NCBI RefSeq assembly: GCF_009914755.1
Contig: NC_060930.1
DNA from: the human T2T-CHM13v2.0 reference genome, Homo sapiens
Length of the DNA stretch: 64,000 bases
Direction: 5' to 3' (one strand)
The translations under genes were made by a program, and so were the position numbers. A model generated the notes under the pieces. The model ran no database searches, was not told the DNA's origin, and was given only the letters and a program-made list of their open reading frames with translations. Positions 26,560-39,671 of this stretch are shown piece after piece (within the stretch, counting starts at the first letter, position 1; the number at the start of each line of letters is the position of its first letter).

Positions 26560-28520
26560 TCAAAAATGTTGCAATTAACAACTTTGTGGTCTAGTTTTGC
26601 ATGCAAATGCAAATAGATCCGTGGGATAAAATCATAGAAACAAAATTACTGACTCAATGTTTATGCACGTCTCTAATTGGAGGAATATTGCCTAAGTGCA
26701 GATGTTTTCGTCTTTTGCCTATTTTCTACTGACTGGTTTTCCTTTTTGTAATGATTTATAAAGACCTTTGTCTATTACAAAATTATATAACTTCTGTCAT
26801 ATTTGTGACACATTTTTCTCCAACTTTCTCATTTGCTTTTTATTTATACATTTTGTTGTGCAGATATTTTTAGGCACTGAAATGTACAAATCAGTTTCTT
26901 TTTGGTTCTGGGTTTCTGACAAGCTAAGAAAGGATTTCCCCATTACTAGATTATAAAAGAAAAAGAAAAACACCGCCATGATTTTTAAAATAGTTCTATG
27001 GTTTCATCTTTTAAAATTTAGGTTAAGCCATATGGAATCGTAAAAATAAGTGATTTTAGCCTACAAAATGTCAGTTGCAGACAAATGTATTTAAACCTTT
27101 GGTCTGCTTGAAATCGCATGTGTTTGTGTTTGTGTGTATGTGTGCATGTGTTTGGGGTGTCTGTGTGTGCTGTGTGAAATACAAAGACATGAGGTAATAA
27201 GTCAGCTCCTTTCCTCTGCTTCCCTATCCAAGAGTCTCCAAATGATGACATGAATATTCTCATCTCTTACATATGTGGGCCTATTTTGAACTACATATTC
27301 CACCCTGAGTATATATATGTCTAAATTACTATGGTTGGCAAGTATATTCCAATATCTAATAGAATTAGGTTTCCCTCATAACTCTTCTTTTGTAGACTTT
27401 TTTCTATATACCATATAATGTTTATTTTTCTGAATTAATATAATTATTTCTAACAATTCAAATTTTTTAAAAGTCTTGCTCAAGAGTGCAATTTTAGCTT
27501 AATTTGTTATCTGACATCTTTATTGTGAGTTTTCTTGTCCAGGAACAAGTTATGTCTTTCAATTTAGTCCAAGTCCTCTTCTATATATTCCTCAAAAGAC
27601 TGTGTCAGATTTTTCCTCATATAATTTCTCCGCATTTGATATCTTCCACCTTCTTAAATTCTCTTGCTGTTTTTTAACAGCTTTTCAGTTAATTCCTTTA
27701 TGTCTTCCAGTCATACATTGATAATATATGTAACTAATGATAGGTTTGCCATACCACTTCTAATTATTTTTGTTATTTATTTGTACCCAATTATATTGGC
27801 TGGTATGTGACTACTGACTTTGGTGGGAATGTTCTTAAAACTTAGCACTGATGCTGGCTATATACAAACATACTCTCATACACACACACACACACACACA
27901 CACACCACTATGAAGATTTTATACAAATCAGAATTAAGTGCAAATTTCATAGAACTTATTTTGCATTTGGATGGGTACAGAGTTTCTTCTTTGGGTTATT
28001 ACTAAGATAAATTATATTAATATAATTCATAATATTGAATTATCCCTACATTCCTAGAAGACTCCCCCATTTGGTAACACATTACTGTATTAACAAACTG
28101 CTAAGTCTATTCTAGGTCACAGAAAATAATTGCAGCTCTATGTTGTCTTCTTCAGCCCTGATTCTCTGATGTTCTTCAGAAAGAAAATCGGTCTGTATTA
28201 GAACATTCTCCACATCTACAATGGCTTCCCATGGGCCAAGTCATATCTTTGTAAAGGGTTATTTTGGGACCATTTCGCTTATCTTTAGAGAAGTCCATAT
28301 CCTAACTGAGCTTCAGAGTGGTATGTATCAGTCTTTGATGTCTTTCACTTGATCTGATCCAATTATCACTATTATTTGACAGAGATACTCCTATCCTAAA
28401 GATTTGGGTAGGAGTATGATTATTTTCAAGTTTACCAATGTTGAATTTTTTCCACAATTTTTGCATTCCTTTTTGTTGCTTTTGATAAGTCTCAGGGAAA
28501 AATAAAAACATCCTTCCTTA
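26560..28520 (-). mobile_element. Very old L1 (L1ME-like) fragments
   Basis: T-rich sequence with scattered antisense ORF2-like motifs; boundaries uncertain. Confidence 0.45.
27879..27905. repeat. (CA)n microsatellite
   Basis: Direct reading. Confidence 0.95.
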
Positions 28521-30167
28521 TCATCTTTTACCAGAACTCCTACACCATTATTCCAAGGGCTAGCTGCTGCTCCTTTGAATGGCTGTACTTAAATTATCTA
28601 ACCAATATCCCATTTTTAGATATTTAGGTTATGCCAAATTTTCACTGTGATACATATCACTGAAAAGAAAGAACATTTTAAAAGACCAATATTGGAGAAA
28701 ATCAAATTCACACAAAATAGTGACTAGTAGAAAAGCAAAGGATGCCTGTAGAATAATGAAAAAACTAATGAAAAAGAGCTGCTTTTGTGGGGTGAGTTGC
28801 TCAGGCAGAAAGGAACAGAAAGGGAACTAAATCTCTTTAGCAACTTCCTCTTATTTAATCTCTTCTCTTTCCCCTTCCCACATCCTCTCTTGTAGAGGGT
28901 CTGCTGTGGCAATATTGCTGTGTGAGATTAGGACACCTCTCTCTGATGTGTAAGGTGCAAGCTAGATTGTGGTGGCAGGCAGCATTATGTGTTTCCATTC
29001 TCTTGAGTTCTCACTTATTGGAAAATCCAGGATAGCCATTAGTAATCACAGAAATGGTTTTAAAACCATTGTCCGGAAGAAATTCCTTTTCTGCCACATG
29101 GAACTCAACTACTATAAATTATGATTTTGGGAATACTACATTGATTTAAGTAAGAGGGACAGTCACCTTGAATCAAAGAACCAACTCTTACATTGGGCTT
29201 GTAAATGTTTTTCTGTTTAAGAATAATAATAGCAGGATTTAACTGGACACTTATCTTAGACATAGATGCCGTAAAATTTCAAGACTGCTTCACCTTTATC
29301 ACTTGTCTGTCTGAAGAACCTAGAGATTTACACAGTCTAGCTGACATTCAAGTTCTTTAACTTCTCACCCCCAGCTGCTTCATCAGATACAGATGTCTCA
29401 AATCAGACTTAGGACTAAGGTGGGCAGCAGTGAATAAAACATAAATGTCAACAACAAAACCCACAAGAAAATTTAAAATAACTTTCTTGTTGAGGGTCTG
29501 TACTGGGCATTAAGGATAAAGAAGTATCTTATATAATCTGTGCCTTGAAGAAGCTTACACCGTGCTGGGCTAAATAGAGATGACAATTTTCAAGATTGAA
29601 ATGATCAGTGATACAATGTCACACAGAAAGGCAAGAACTATTCTATTAAAAGTTCTTTGGTCTGGATTTTTTCTGTGTGTGCTTTTACTCCCTGAGTAGA
29701 TGGACAGCCAATGAGAGTCCTGATCAGTAGCTAACTAGGTTCTAGGACAAGCAATGTCAAGAATAGACTTGCAGAAGAAAAAAGAATCCTCTCAGCAGGT
29801 CAAGCTGCCCCTACATTATGGATAGGAAGGGTTGGGGAGGAGGGATGTGTGGGATGTCAGACTTGCCAGAGGAGCTCTTTTGAAACTCACTGTCCAGGCT
29901 TCCTCGCTTTGCAGTTCTGGTGAACATTAGAAGGGAGAAGGAAAGGCAGGCACATTTTGAAGTCTTCTAGGTAATTAACTTTCTTTCCTCTTCACCCTGC
30001 ATCCAAAAGAGGCTGGTAGGGACACCCTGCAAAGGCCCATCCAGGTGGGTCCCTGGGAGGGCACCCAGCACTAAGGGCACCTTTTGAAAAATAAGCCAGG
30101 CTTAACCCTCTACAGCCACATAACAAGCAAGAAATCAGGAAAGCCAAGAGTTTTAAATGCTTGTATT

Positions 30168-30424
30168 CTTTTTCTCTTTTTTTTTTCAACAGAGACTTGT
30201 TCTGTTGTCTAGGCTGGAGTTCAGAGGCATGATCTTGGCTCACTGCAACCTCTACCTCCCTGGTTCAAGCAACCCCACCACGCCCGGATCATTTTTGTGT
30301 TTTTAGTAGAGACGGGATTTTACCACATTGGCCAGGCTGGTCTCAAACTCCTGACCTCAGGTAATCCACTCATTTTGGGCTCCCAAAGTGCTGGGATTAC
30401 AGGAGTGAGCCACCATGCCTGGCC
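30168..30424 (-). mobile_element. AluS, antisense, internally deleted
   Basis: Alu body with TSD aaatgc(t)tgtattct. Confidence 0.88.
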
Positions 30425-31148
30425 AAATGCTGTATTCTAATCCTTCCTTTTAGTGGCGATAATGGGTATTTGTTAGCCATTTCATGGGATTATGTAATCA
30501 TGAAATATACTATTATTAGTTTTGATTATCTGAGAAAGGCTACTAGTAATCTCAGAAAACCATTTTCTACCATGAAATTTAATATAAATATTCTTTATTT
30601 TAAAGTCTTATTTTTTATGGTGGCTTTAAGTAAAAACCTGTTAGTGTGAAAACTCTTCATCTTCTCATCAGAAAATCAATCATAAAAATGAGTTTTGGTA
30701 ATAAATGGATCTAAACCGGTAGAAGTGCAGGTCAGAAGTTACAATGTTAAAGGTACAAAAATAGAACCATATGGGAACTTTTTTCTAAAAAGTCTGCAGT
30801 CAACATTTCATCCATCAATTCATATCACCATTAATATTTGGAAGCTTTGAGTCAAGCAAGAATCACATGTGCATGTGACCAGCCCTAAGGGACTCCCCTT
30901 TAGAGAGGCAGCAAAGGCCCGGCATAACCATCTAGCATGGCTCTCTTAATTAATATGAATTGCAGTTACCCACTTGAAACATTAATGCAAAATGAAACTA
31001 CTACTTTAGCAAACCTTAGCTGGATCCATTTTTTCAATACACATTCTTTCATATTCCACCAGTTTGCTGTTTGAACCTACTGTCTCAATATATAAAAGCA
31101 TACTTCACTCAGCAGAGGAACCAGAACCAATTTGTCCCTAAACATTTC

Positions 31149-31446
31149 TTTTTTTTTTTTTTTTTTAAAGACAGGGTCTCATTCTATCACCCAGGCTAGG
31201 GCACCTAGTGGTGCCACCATAGCTCACTGTAACCTCGAACCCTAGGCTCAAGCAACCCTCTTGCCTCAGTCTCAGGAGTAGCTGGGACTACAGGTGCATG
31301 CCACCACACCTGACTAATTATTATTATTATTATTATTATTATTTTGTAGAGATGGGATCTCACTCTGTTACCAGGCCTCAAGACATCCTCCCACCTTGGC
31401 CTTCCAAAAGTGCTGGGATTACAGGTGTGAGCTACTGTGCCCAGCT
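31149..31446 (-). mobile_element. AluJ, antisense, with (TAT)n expanded linker
   Basis: Alu body; (tat)n at about 31317-31342. Confidence 0.9.
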
Positions 31447-32040
31447 AAAAAAAATTATGTCTTATTACTATAACTTTGTAAACTGTGTTCATCTGAATGA
31501 AATAGTCACCTGAGGCATAACAAAATATAATCTTAGATTATAACAACACATTTAAATTAAGACATGTATGAGAGAAAATCCATTTTTTTTTCTGGAATAT
31601 TCCACATAGGTCATAGCATACTACCTAATTTTTTATGTTAAATGTTTTATTTTACCATGTCAAAAAGACAAAAACTATTATTATTATATTATTCTTATAA
31701 TTACAAATGTAATTTATATTTACCAAAAAACTACAAGCTTCCCATAGTTTCTACAATTATTACTTTAAAAAAAAGTCCTGTATGGTTTCTTGTTGCCAAG
31801 TGCAAAATAATAGTCTTATCTTTGTGGGTGTGGTTCTGGCTTTCCTAACTTGTCTGTCACTGATCACTAATAAACATCCTTTGTCCCATCTAAACTGAGT
31901 TATAGGATGTGTCCCAATTTACCTTAAGGTTTCCCACCTCCACTCCATTGCTTATGCTAGTTCTCTGCCTGCCAATGGACAATCTAATTCACTTTTCCTT
32001 TGAAACTCGTCTCACATACTAATTCATTAAAAATATCAAG

Positions 32041-33935
32041 TTCTGGCTTTGTTCTTTTTGCTTAAGATTGCTTTGACTATTTGGGCTCTTTTTTGGTTCC
32101 ACAGGAATTTTAGAATAGTTTTTTTCTAATTCTGTGAAAAATGTCATTGGTAGTCTGACAAGAATAGCATTGAATCTCTCAATTGCTTTGGGCAGTATGG
32201 CCATTTTTACGATGTTGATTCTTTCAATCTATGAGTATGAAATGTTTTTCCATTTATTTATGTTGTCTCTGATTTCTTTCAGCAGTGTTTTGTAATTCTC
32301 CTTTTAGAGATCTTTAACCTCTTTGGGTAGGTGCATTCCTGGGTATTTCATTTTCTTTGTGGCTATTGTGAGTGGGATTGTGTTGTTTATTTCACTCTCA
32401 GCCCAGATGTTGTTGGTGTACAGAAATGCTACTGAAGAACAAAGCCGGAGTTATCACACTACCCATCTTTAAACTATACTATACAGCCACAGTAACCAAA
32501 ACAGCATGTTATTGGTACAAAAACAGACACATAGACTGATGGAACAGAATAGAAAATTTAGAAATAAAGCCACACACCTACAACCATCTGATCTTCAACA
32601 AGGCTAACAAAAACAAGCAATGGGAAAAGGACTTCCTATTCAATAAATGGTGCTGGGATAACTGGCTAGCCCTAGGCTGAAGATTGAAACAGGACCCCTA
32701 CCTTTCACCATATACAAAAATTAACTCAAAATATATTAAAGATTTAAATGTAAGACCTCAAAATGTAAAAATCCTGGAAGACAACCTAGGAAATATTCTT
32801 CTCAACATTGGTGCTGGAAAAGAATTTTTGGCTCAGTTCCCAAAAGCAATTGCAACAAAACCAAAAATTGACAGGTGGGAACTAATCAAACTAAAGAGTT
32901 TCTGCACAGCAAAAGAATCTATCAACAGAGCAAACAGGCATCCTACAGAATAAGAGCAGACATTCACAAACTGTGCATCTGAGAAATGCCTAATATCCAG
33001 AATCTATAGGGAACTTAAATCAACAGCAAAAAAATAAAATAAAATAAACAAAAAACCCCATTAAAAAATGGGCAAAAATCATGAACAGACACTTCTCTAA
33101 AGAAGATGCACATGTAGCCAACAAGTATATAAGAAATGCTCAACATCATTAATCATCAGAAAAATGCAAATCAAAAGCATAATGAGATACCATCTCACAC
33201 TAGTCAGAATGGATCTTATTAAAAACTCAAAAACAACAGATGCTTGCCAGGCTCCAGAGAAAAGGGAATGCTTATACACTGCTGGTAGGAATGTAAATTA
33301 GTCCAGCCACTTTGGAAAGCAGTTTGGAGATTTCTCAAAGAACTTAAAACAAATCTACCATTCGACCCAGAAATCTTATTACTGGGTGTATGCTGGGTAT
33401 ATACTGGGTATTTTTTGCATATACTGGGTATATGCAAAAAATAAATAAATATATCACTCTACCAAAAAGACACATGCACTCATAGGTTCCTTGCTGTACC
33501 ATTCACAATAACAGAGACATGGAATCAATTCTGGTGTCCATCAGTGGTAGACTGGATGGAGAAAATGTAGTACATATACACCATGGAATTCTATGCAGCC
33601 ATAAAAACAATGAAATCATGTCCTTTGCAGCAACATGGATGGAGCTGGAGGCCATAATCCCTAAGCAAATTAACACAGGAATAGAAAACCAAATACTGCA
33701 TGTTTTCACTTATAAGTGGGAACTAAGCATTGAAAACACATGGACATAAATTTGGGAACAATAGACACTATAGACTACTAGAAGGTGGAGGGAGGAAGTG
33801 AGTTAAAAAACTGTCCATGGGGTACTATGTTCACTGCCAGGGTGATGGGATCTGTACTCCAAACCTCAGCATCACACAATATTGCCATGTAACAAATCTG
33901 CACAGGTACCCTCTGTATCTAAAATAAAAGTATAA
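32041..33935 (+). mobile_element. L1PA15/16-like element with 5' inversion (32041-32435 antisense; 32435-33935 sense)
   Basis: Strand switch at about 32435; aagaacaaagcc(a/g)ga is present at both breakpoints; 3' UTR ends ctaaaataaaagt. Confidence 0.9.
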
Positions 33936-34064
33936 AAGAAAATCAAAGTCCTTCACTTGATAATATCCTCTCCACCTTCACTCACAGATGAGAGGGCAGA
34001 GAATTTATTAGTGCCTCTCTTCCGGATTATCCATCATATCACACCTTATATAATCATCTGTGTA

Positions 34065-34467
34065 TTTATTAAGTGAACTGGCATGTCTTCATGGGCCCAG
34101 TGTGAGTGAGTGTGGGTGTGGGTGTGAGTGTGCCCTGCAATGCAACAGCAGCCTGGCTGGGGCAGTTCCCACCTGAGCTCCTGGGGTGGGCTCTGACCAC
34201 CCGCAACCCTGAACTAGAATATGTAGGTATTTATCTTTCTTAAATGTATGTACAACTCATTTATTTCAATGTTTAATATGAGAAGTATTTTGGTCTTTAT
34301 TTAGAAGTTTGGTGAAACTTTTGCAACCAGAAATATGCCACAGGAGCTTGACTCCTGTTTATATCAATTAACTTGTGGTCAAATGGGTTTCCTTATAAGT
34401 CATCTCACTTGAAGTTACAGTTTGCAGTTTCCAAGAATCTATTGATAGCATTCAATGAGGACTTGTA
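34065..34467. mobile_element. MER6 (TcMar-Tigger) fragment
   Basis: gtgagtgtgccctgcaatg...cgcaaccctgaactag...ttccaagaatctattgatagcattcaatgaggactt. Confidence 0.7.
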
Positions 34468-34519
34468 CCATAAAGAAAATTATACTACAATGAAATGTGT
34501 TATGAAATGACATAGCTTG

Positions 34520-34804
<285 letters not shown>

Positions 34805-34899
34805 AAATGACATAGCTTGAAGACATAGAGGACGGAAAACATTCAAGGACTCTATAGTTGTGATCTCAGTGCATTGAGAAATGCCAGGTTGAGTCTAAG

Positions 34900-35100
34900 A
34901 GAGACTTGAGGTCAGACAGACTGTGATTTTTAATGTTGATGGTGCCATTTGTAAACCATGTGGCCTTGACCAATTTACTATATTTAGAGTTTGGGGCCTT
35001 TATTTTCTCATTTATTAAACAGAGATAGAAATGCCTACTTACAGGGTTGTGAAAATCGTATGAGATCATTAAGTAGAGCACCTAGATATGTTCGCAGCAT
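34900..35100 (+). mobile_element. MIR
   Basis: tgtggccttgaccaattt...cctacttacagggttgtgaaaat. Confidence 0.65.
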
Positions 35101-35869
35101 GTTAGTAACATGGGCCTCCACAAACAAGAGCTCTTTAATCACTAAGGTCTGGAAAAAACCATAGTGAGCAGAACCCACCCACCTTCTCATTAACTTCTTT
35201 TTACCAATGTTTTAGATGAGGACAAGATTCTTCCCCCACCCCCTGCCTCCGCCCCATCCCATTCTGCTCAATTTTCATTTTCTTTGTTTCTGGAAAGGCT
35301 TCAGTAGCTGGAGGGAGGAGTCATTGTCAGGTGCACAAAGTCAAGGGAAGAGGTGAAGTCCCATAAAGTCTACTGGTCTTGCCATTCTGTGTGGGACAGG
35401 GATCACTGTAAGGAATAGTCATAAGACTGATTTTTTAGTTTGAAACCAAATCATACAAAGAATGGACAGGGGACATAAGAGTGTTGACCTGTAAGAGAGG
35501 AACGCTGAGGAGACCAGCATCACCTCATGTGCAGGAACAGCCAGACAAGGTCCCCTGAGGCCCAATGGGATAAAACTAGGACACATGAATGAAGTTACAA
35601 AGAGACATATTTCTGTTCAGTATACATAAAGAACTGGGTTTTGGATGTTTGCTCTATCCAAAGATGGACAGGGAAGTGGTTCTAAAAGGTCAGATTATAT
35701 TACCTTTAGGAGGTATTCTAAACTTAATATCCAATGAATCTATGAAATCTTCAAGAAATTTTATTTTGATGCTACACAAGACCCAGCTTATAGGAAACAG
35801 GGTGAATTATTTTAAATTACAGAATTGTGTCCCATATTTATCGTAAACTATCTAAAAACAATTCATTAA

Positions 35870-36780
35870 AATAAATACGTCCCTTGATGTCACATCTCCC
35901 TCCAGCTACCATCAGTTTCCCAACTCTCTTGTACAAAAAACTCTTCCAAGGAATTTCTACTGAGTCAGTCTCCACCTCCTCAACTCTCAGTCTCTCCTGA
36001 GCCTAAGCCAATCAGACTTTCATCCTCATGATTTTAATGAAAACATTCTTATCAATTCCCAGTCTCTCCTGAGCCTAGGCCAATCAGACTTTCATCTCCA
36101 CTATTTTAATGAAAACATTCTTATCAATGCCACACCTTCACCGTACCACATTCCAAGCTTCATTTTCAGTTCTCATATGACATGACCTTTCAGCACATTA
36201 CCATTGCTAGTTTACACCCTCATTCTTAAAACTCCAATAGCCTGGATGCCCAGCCATCCTCTTCTCCTGTTTTTGGCTTGTTATTTACCATACTGCTGCT
36301 CCTTTTCAGGTTCCTTTGCGGTCTCCTGTCTTTTGTTCTGAACTAAAAATACTGGGGAGGACCAAGTGAACAATGATCACTTCTACATTCTTCCTTCAGT
36401 AAATCTCATCTGGATAAATGTCATCTTTATGCTCCCAAATCATAAACACATATCCTCACCCTTGAACTCTCTTCTGAGCCCCAGCCTGTTCAATAAAACT
36501 GATTTCTCAACATCTCCACTGGATGTGAACTTTTCAAGGCACAACTGCTTGATTTCACACATCATCATCCAAGCTCCAGATACACTGGTTCAATTTATTG
36601 CAAGAACCTTTATGTTTGTTATTTACTCAGCCTGGAATGCCTTCCCCGCTTTCAAGGCTCTGTCCTTCTCATGCAGGTCTCAGATGCAACATCAACTCGT
36701 TAGCATGCTTTTGCTGACACCCCTATCTCAAGTAGGATTGTAGAAGTTTATTAAATAGTAGGTGAATGAATAAATGAGCA
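35870..36780. mobile_element. L2 fragments, including a 72-bp tandem duplication (35988-36131)
   Basis: ccaatcagactttcat, tgacctttcagca, catctccactggatgt, gcctggaatgccttccc, gaatgaataaatga. Confidence 0.65.
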
Positions 36781-37312
36781 ATCTGGTTTTTTTAATCGTA
36801 ATACTTAAAAATGTTGCCACTAGCTATTCCAAACTGCCTTGCCAGAAACTATATATTCTTTCCCGAATTTGGAAACACTGAAACAGAAATCTGTTAACAG
36901 AGCTGTTGTGGGAAAATGCAATTGGCTCTACATCTGCCCCTAGTGGGAACTCTGGAAACTTTACAGCAGCAGCCAATCTAGAGTTTAGGCTCTGACAAAG
37001 CAGTAAACTTCAAGGTCACACAGCTGCCTCACCTGTACGATGCGGCTGTTGGGTCTATGTTCTCTAAGGTCTAGTCCCACTCTGAAATTCTATGCTATTA
37101 TGTTTCAAATATTCTATATCCTGAATAGCTAAATGGGGACCTTGTCCTTACATCTGCTTGTACATAGAATGAGAAGAGAGATGGAGCTAGCTGCCCTGAT
37201 CAGGCCATCACAGTGGAGAACTGAGGGCTCGAACCAAGGGGTTGATTCTACATATTTCTTTCTGATTCCTTGCACTTCTATCCCAAAAGAGTGTGCCTGG
37301 CAAAAAGGGCAA

Positions 37313-37315
<3 letters not shown>

Positions 37316-37345
<30 letters not shown>
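37316..37345. repeat. Poly(A)30
   Basis: Direct reading. Confidence 0.95.
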
Positions 37346-37346
<1 letters not shown>

Positions 37347-37473
37347 CCTCTTGTGATCTGTGTCCCTGGGTGGAACTTAGAGAAGAACAATTGTCAGTAT
37401 TTACTTTAAGGCCAATTTTACATTATGAGGTATTTTTTGACCATTTTCTTGTTTTAAAAAGTTATGATTACAG

Positions 37474-37772
37474 TTTTTTGTTTGTTTGTTTTTTTTTTTT
37501 TTGAGATGACGTCTCACTGTGTTGCCCAGGCGATCTCAGCTCACTGAAACCTTCACCTCCCAGAGGAGTTCAAGAGATGCTCATGCCTGAGCATCCTGAG
37601 TAGCTGGGATTACAGGGGTGTGCCACCATGCCCAGCTAATTTTTGTAGTTTTAGTAGAGACAGGGTTTCACCATGTTGGCCATGCTGGTCTTGAACTCTT
37701 GACCTCGAGTGATCCGCCCGCCTTGGCCTCCCAAAGTGCTGGGATTACAGGAGTGAGCCAGTGTGCCCGGCC
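37474..37772 (-). mobile_element. AluS, antisense
   Basis: Approximate TSD aagttatgattacagtttt / aagttatcattatagtttt. Confidence 0.9.
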
Positions 37773-38496
37773 AAGTTATCATTATAGTTTTAACTTTTTT
37801 ATTATTATTCTTATTTCTTGAAGCTTTCCACTATGCATGGTGACTGGGAGTGTTCACTGCTAACTTTCAAGGTAAGTATTGTACGTAAGCAGAATGAAAG
37901 GAAAAGGTATGGGAAGCATGATATGTAAAGGATTTATATCTTGTTAACGATGGTATTCACAAAACAACATGTTTAAAAATTAATTGAAAAGAGATCTTTC
38001 TTCTTATCATCTTCCCTTCCTGTTGAATTTGACAGTCAAATACATTTGGCATTACAGACTTTCGAACTTACCAGAGCAGTTGGTTTATTTCACAAAGGAC
38101 TGGTCCTCTCTAAAGGCACAGACAAAGGCACAAGCAAAAACTGCTCATCCTCTGTGCCAGGAACATGAGGGCCTCCATATGTCTGGGGAAAATGTGGGCA
38201 CTAAATTGGTAGACAAAATAAAATTCAATAAGATCACTCTTACCCTCTTCTCCAATCATAGGTATTTCTCTAATAGCATAAAAAATTTTTGTTAAATTGA
38301 TATGAAGTGGTAGATTTCATTTACACACACTTGCTCTGGGAGGCTCTAGATATTTTAGTAAACCAACAGACATTTGATTTTTGAGCAACATGTTTTCCCA
38401 TTGAGCATATGGAGAGAAATTTATTTTTAAACATTAAATAGACGTGCATCTTACAGTAACTAAAACTACCTAAAGCACTTTCCTGTTTGCCTCAAA

Positions 38497-38761
38497 CTTT
38501 CTTTTTTCTTAGATACAGTGTCTCACTCTAGTTTCCGAGGCTGGAGGGCAGTGACATGATCAGGGCTCACTGCAGCCTCGACCTTGTGGGTTCAAGTGAT
38601 CCTTCTACCACCTCAGCCTCCTGAGTAGCTGGGACTACAGATGTGCACCACCATGTCTGATTAATTTTTTTATTTTTATTTTTTGTGGAAATGGCATCTC
38701 ACTATGTTCCCCAGGCTGGTCTTGAACTCTTGGCCTCAAGTGATCCTCATGCCTTGGCCTC
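38497..38761 (-). mobile_element. AluJ, antisense, 5'-truncated
   Basis: gctcactgcagcctcgacc AluJ diagnostic. Confidence 0.88.
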
Positions 38762-39312
38762 CTATAGTTTGGCAAGTACAAGATAAACGGCTGTTGAATT
38801 GGATTTAATTCAGCAGCCAGATATCTGCTGTGTTCAGAATGAGTGAGCACAAACTCCAGAGACCATGTGACTATTATACAATTATAGACTGCATGTCCAC
38901 TGAAGAAACAGCTACTTGTAATGAATTCTTTCTTTTGTTGTAGCTATTATGAATATATTTATAAGGAAAAATCCCTAAAATACATGCTTAAATATGTAGT
39001 ATATATTATAGTCAAGCGATGTTTTTCTTCTCTAGAAAATCTCCCTTTTTCTTTCGCTATAGCAACTATGGTAGTGAGTATTATTTACTTTTTATATCAT
39101 GATGATTTTTATAAATACATACATATTTTCATTTTTCTAAGACTAGGAATTGATCCACGAGCTCCATCTAATTTAGTATCAGTATCACTGCATTGATGAA
39201 GTGGTAACGAAGGCACCATCCCTTATTACATTTAAACGAGGTAAGAAAAAGGAAATATTTCCTGGGCCTTAGGGAGAAAAAAGCTCAGGCTCAGATATAC
39301 AGATTCAGAAAC

Positions 39313-39671
39313 TGATATGGTTTGGCTGTGTCCCCACCCAAATCTAATCTTGAATTATAGCTCCCGTGATTCCCATGTGTTGTAGGAGGGACCCGGTGGG
39401 AGGTAATTGAATCATGGGGTCGGGCCTTTCCTGCGCTATTCTCATGATAGTGAACAAGTCTCACGAGATCTGATGGTTTTATAAAGGGGAGTTTCCCTGC
39501 ACAAGCTCTCTTATCTTGCCTGCTGCCATGTGAGACGTGTCTTCCACCTTCCACCATTATTGTGAGGCCTCCCCAGCCACGTGGAACTGTGAGCCCGTTA
39601 AACCTCTTTCTTTTGTAAATTGCCCTGTCTAGGGTATGTCTTTATCAGCAGTGTGAAAACTGACTAATACA
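39313..39671 (+). mobile_element. THE1 (B/C-like) solo LTR
   Basis: tgatatggtttggctgtgtccccacccaaatct...gactaataca; perfect 5-bp TSD gaaac. Confidence 0.95.

Noticed and set aside
36933-36946. CTCF-like motif ctgcccctagtgg
   Set aside because: It is one base short in the core C run relative to consensus, so the spacing is wrong.
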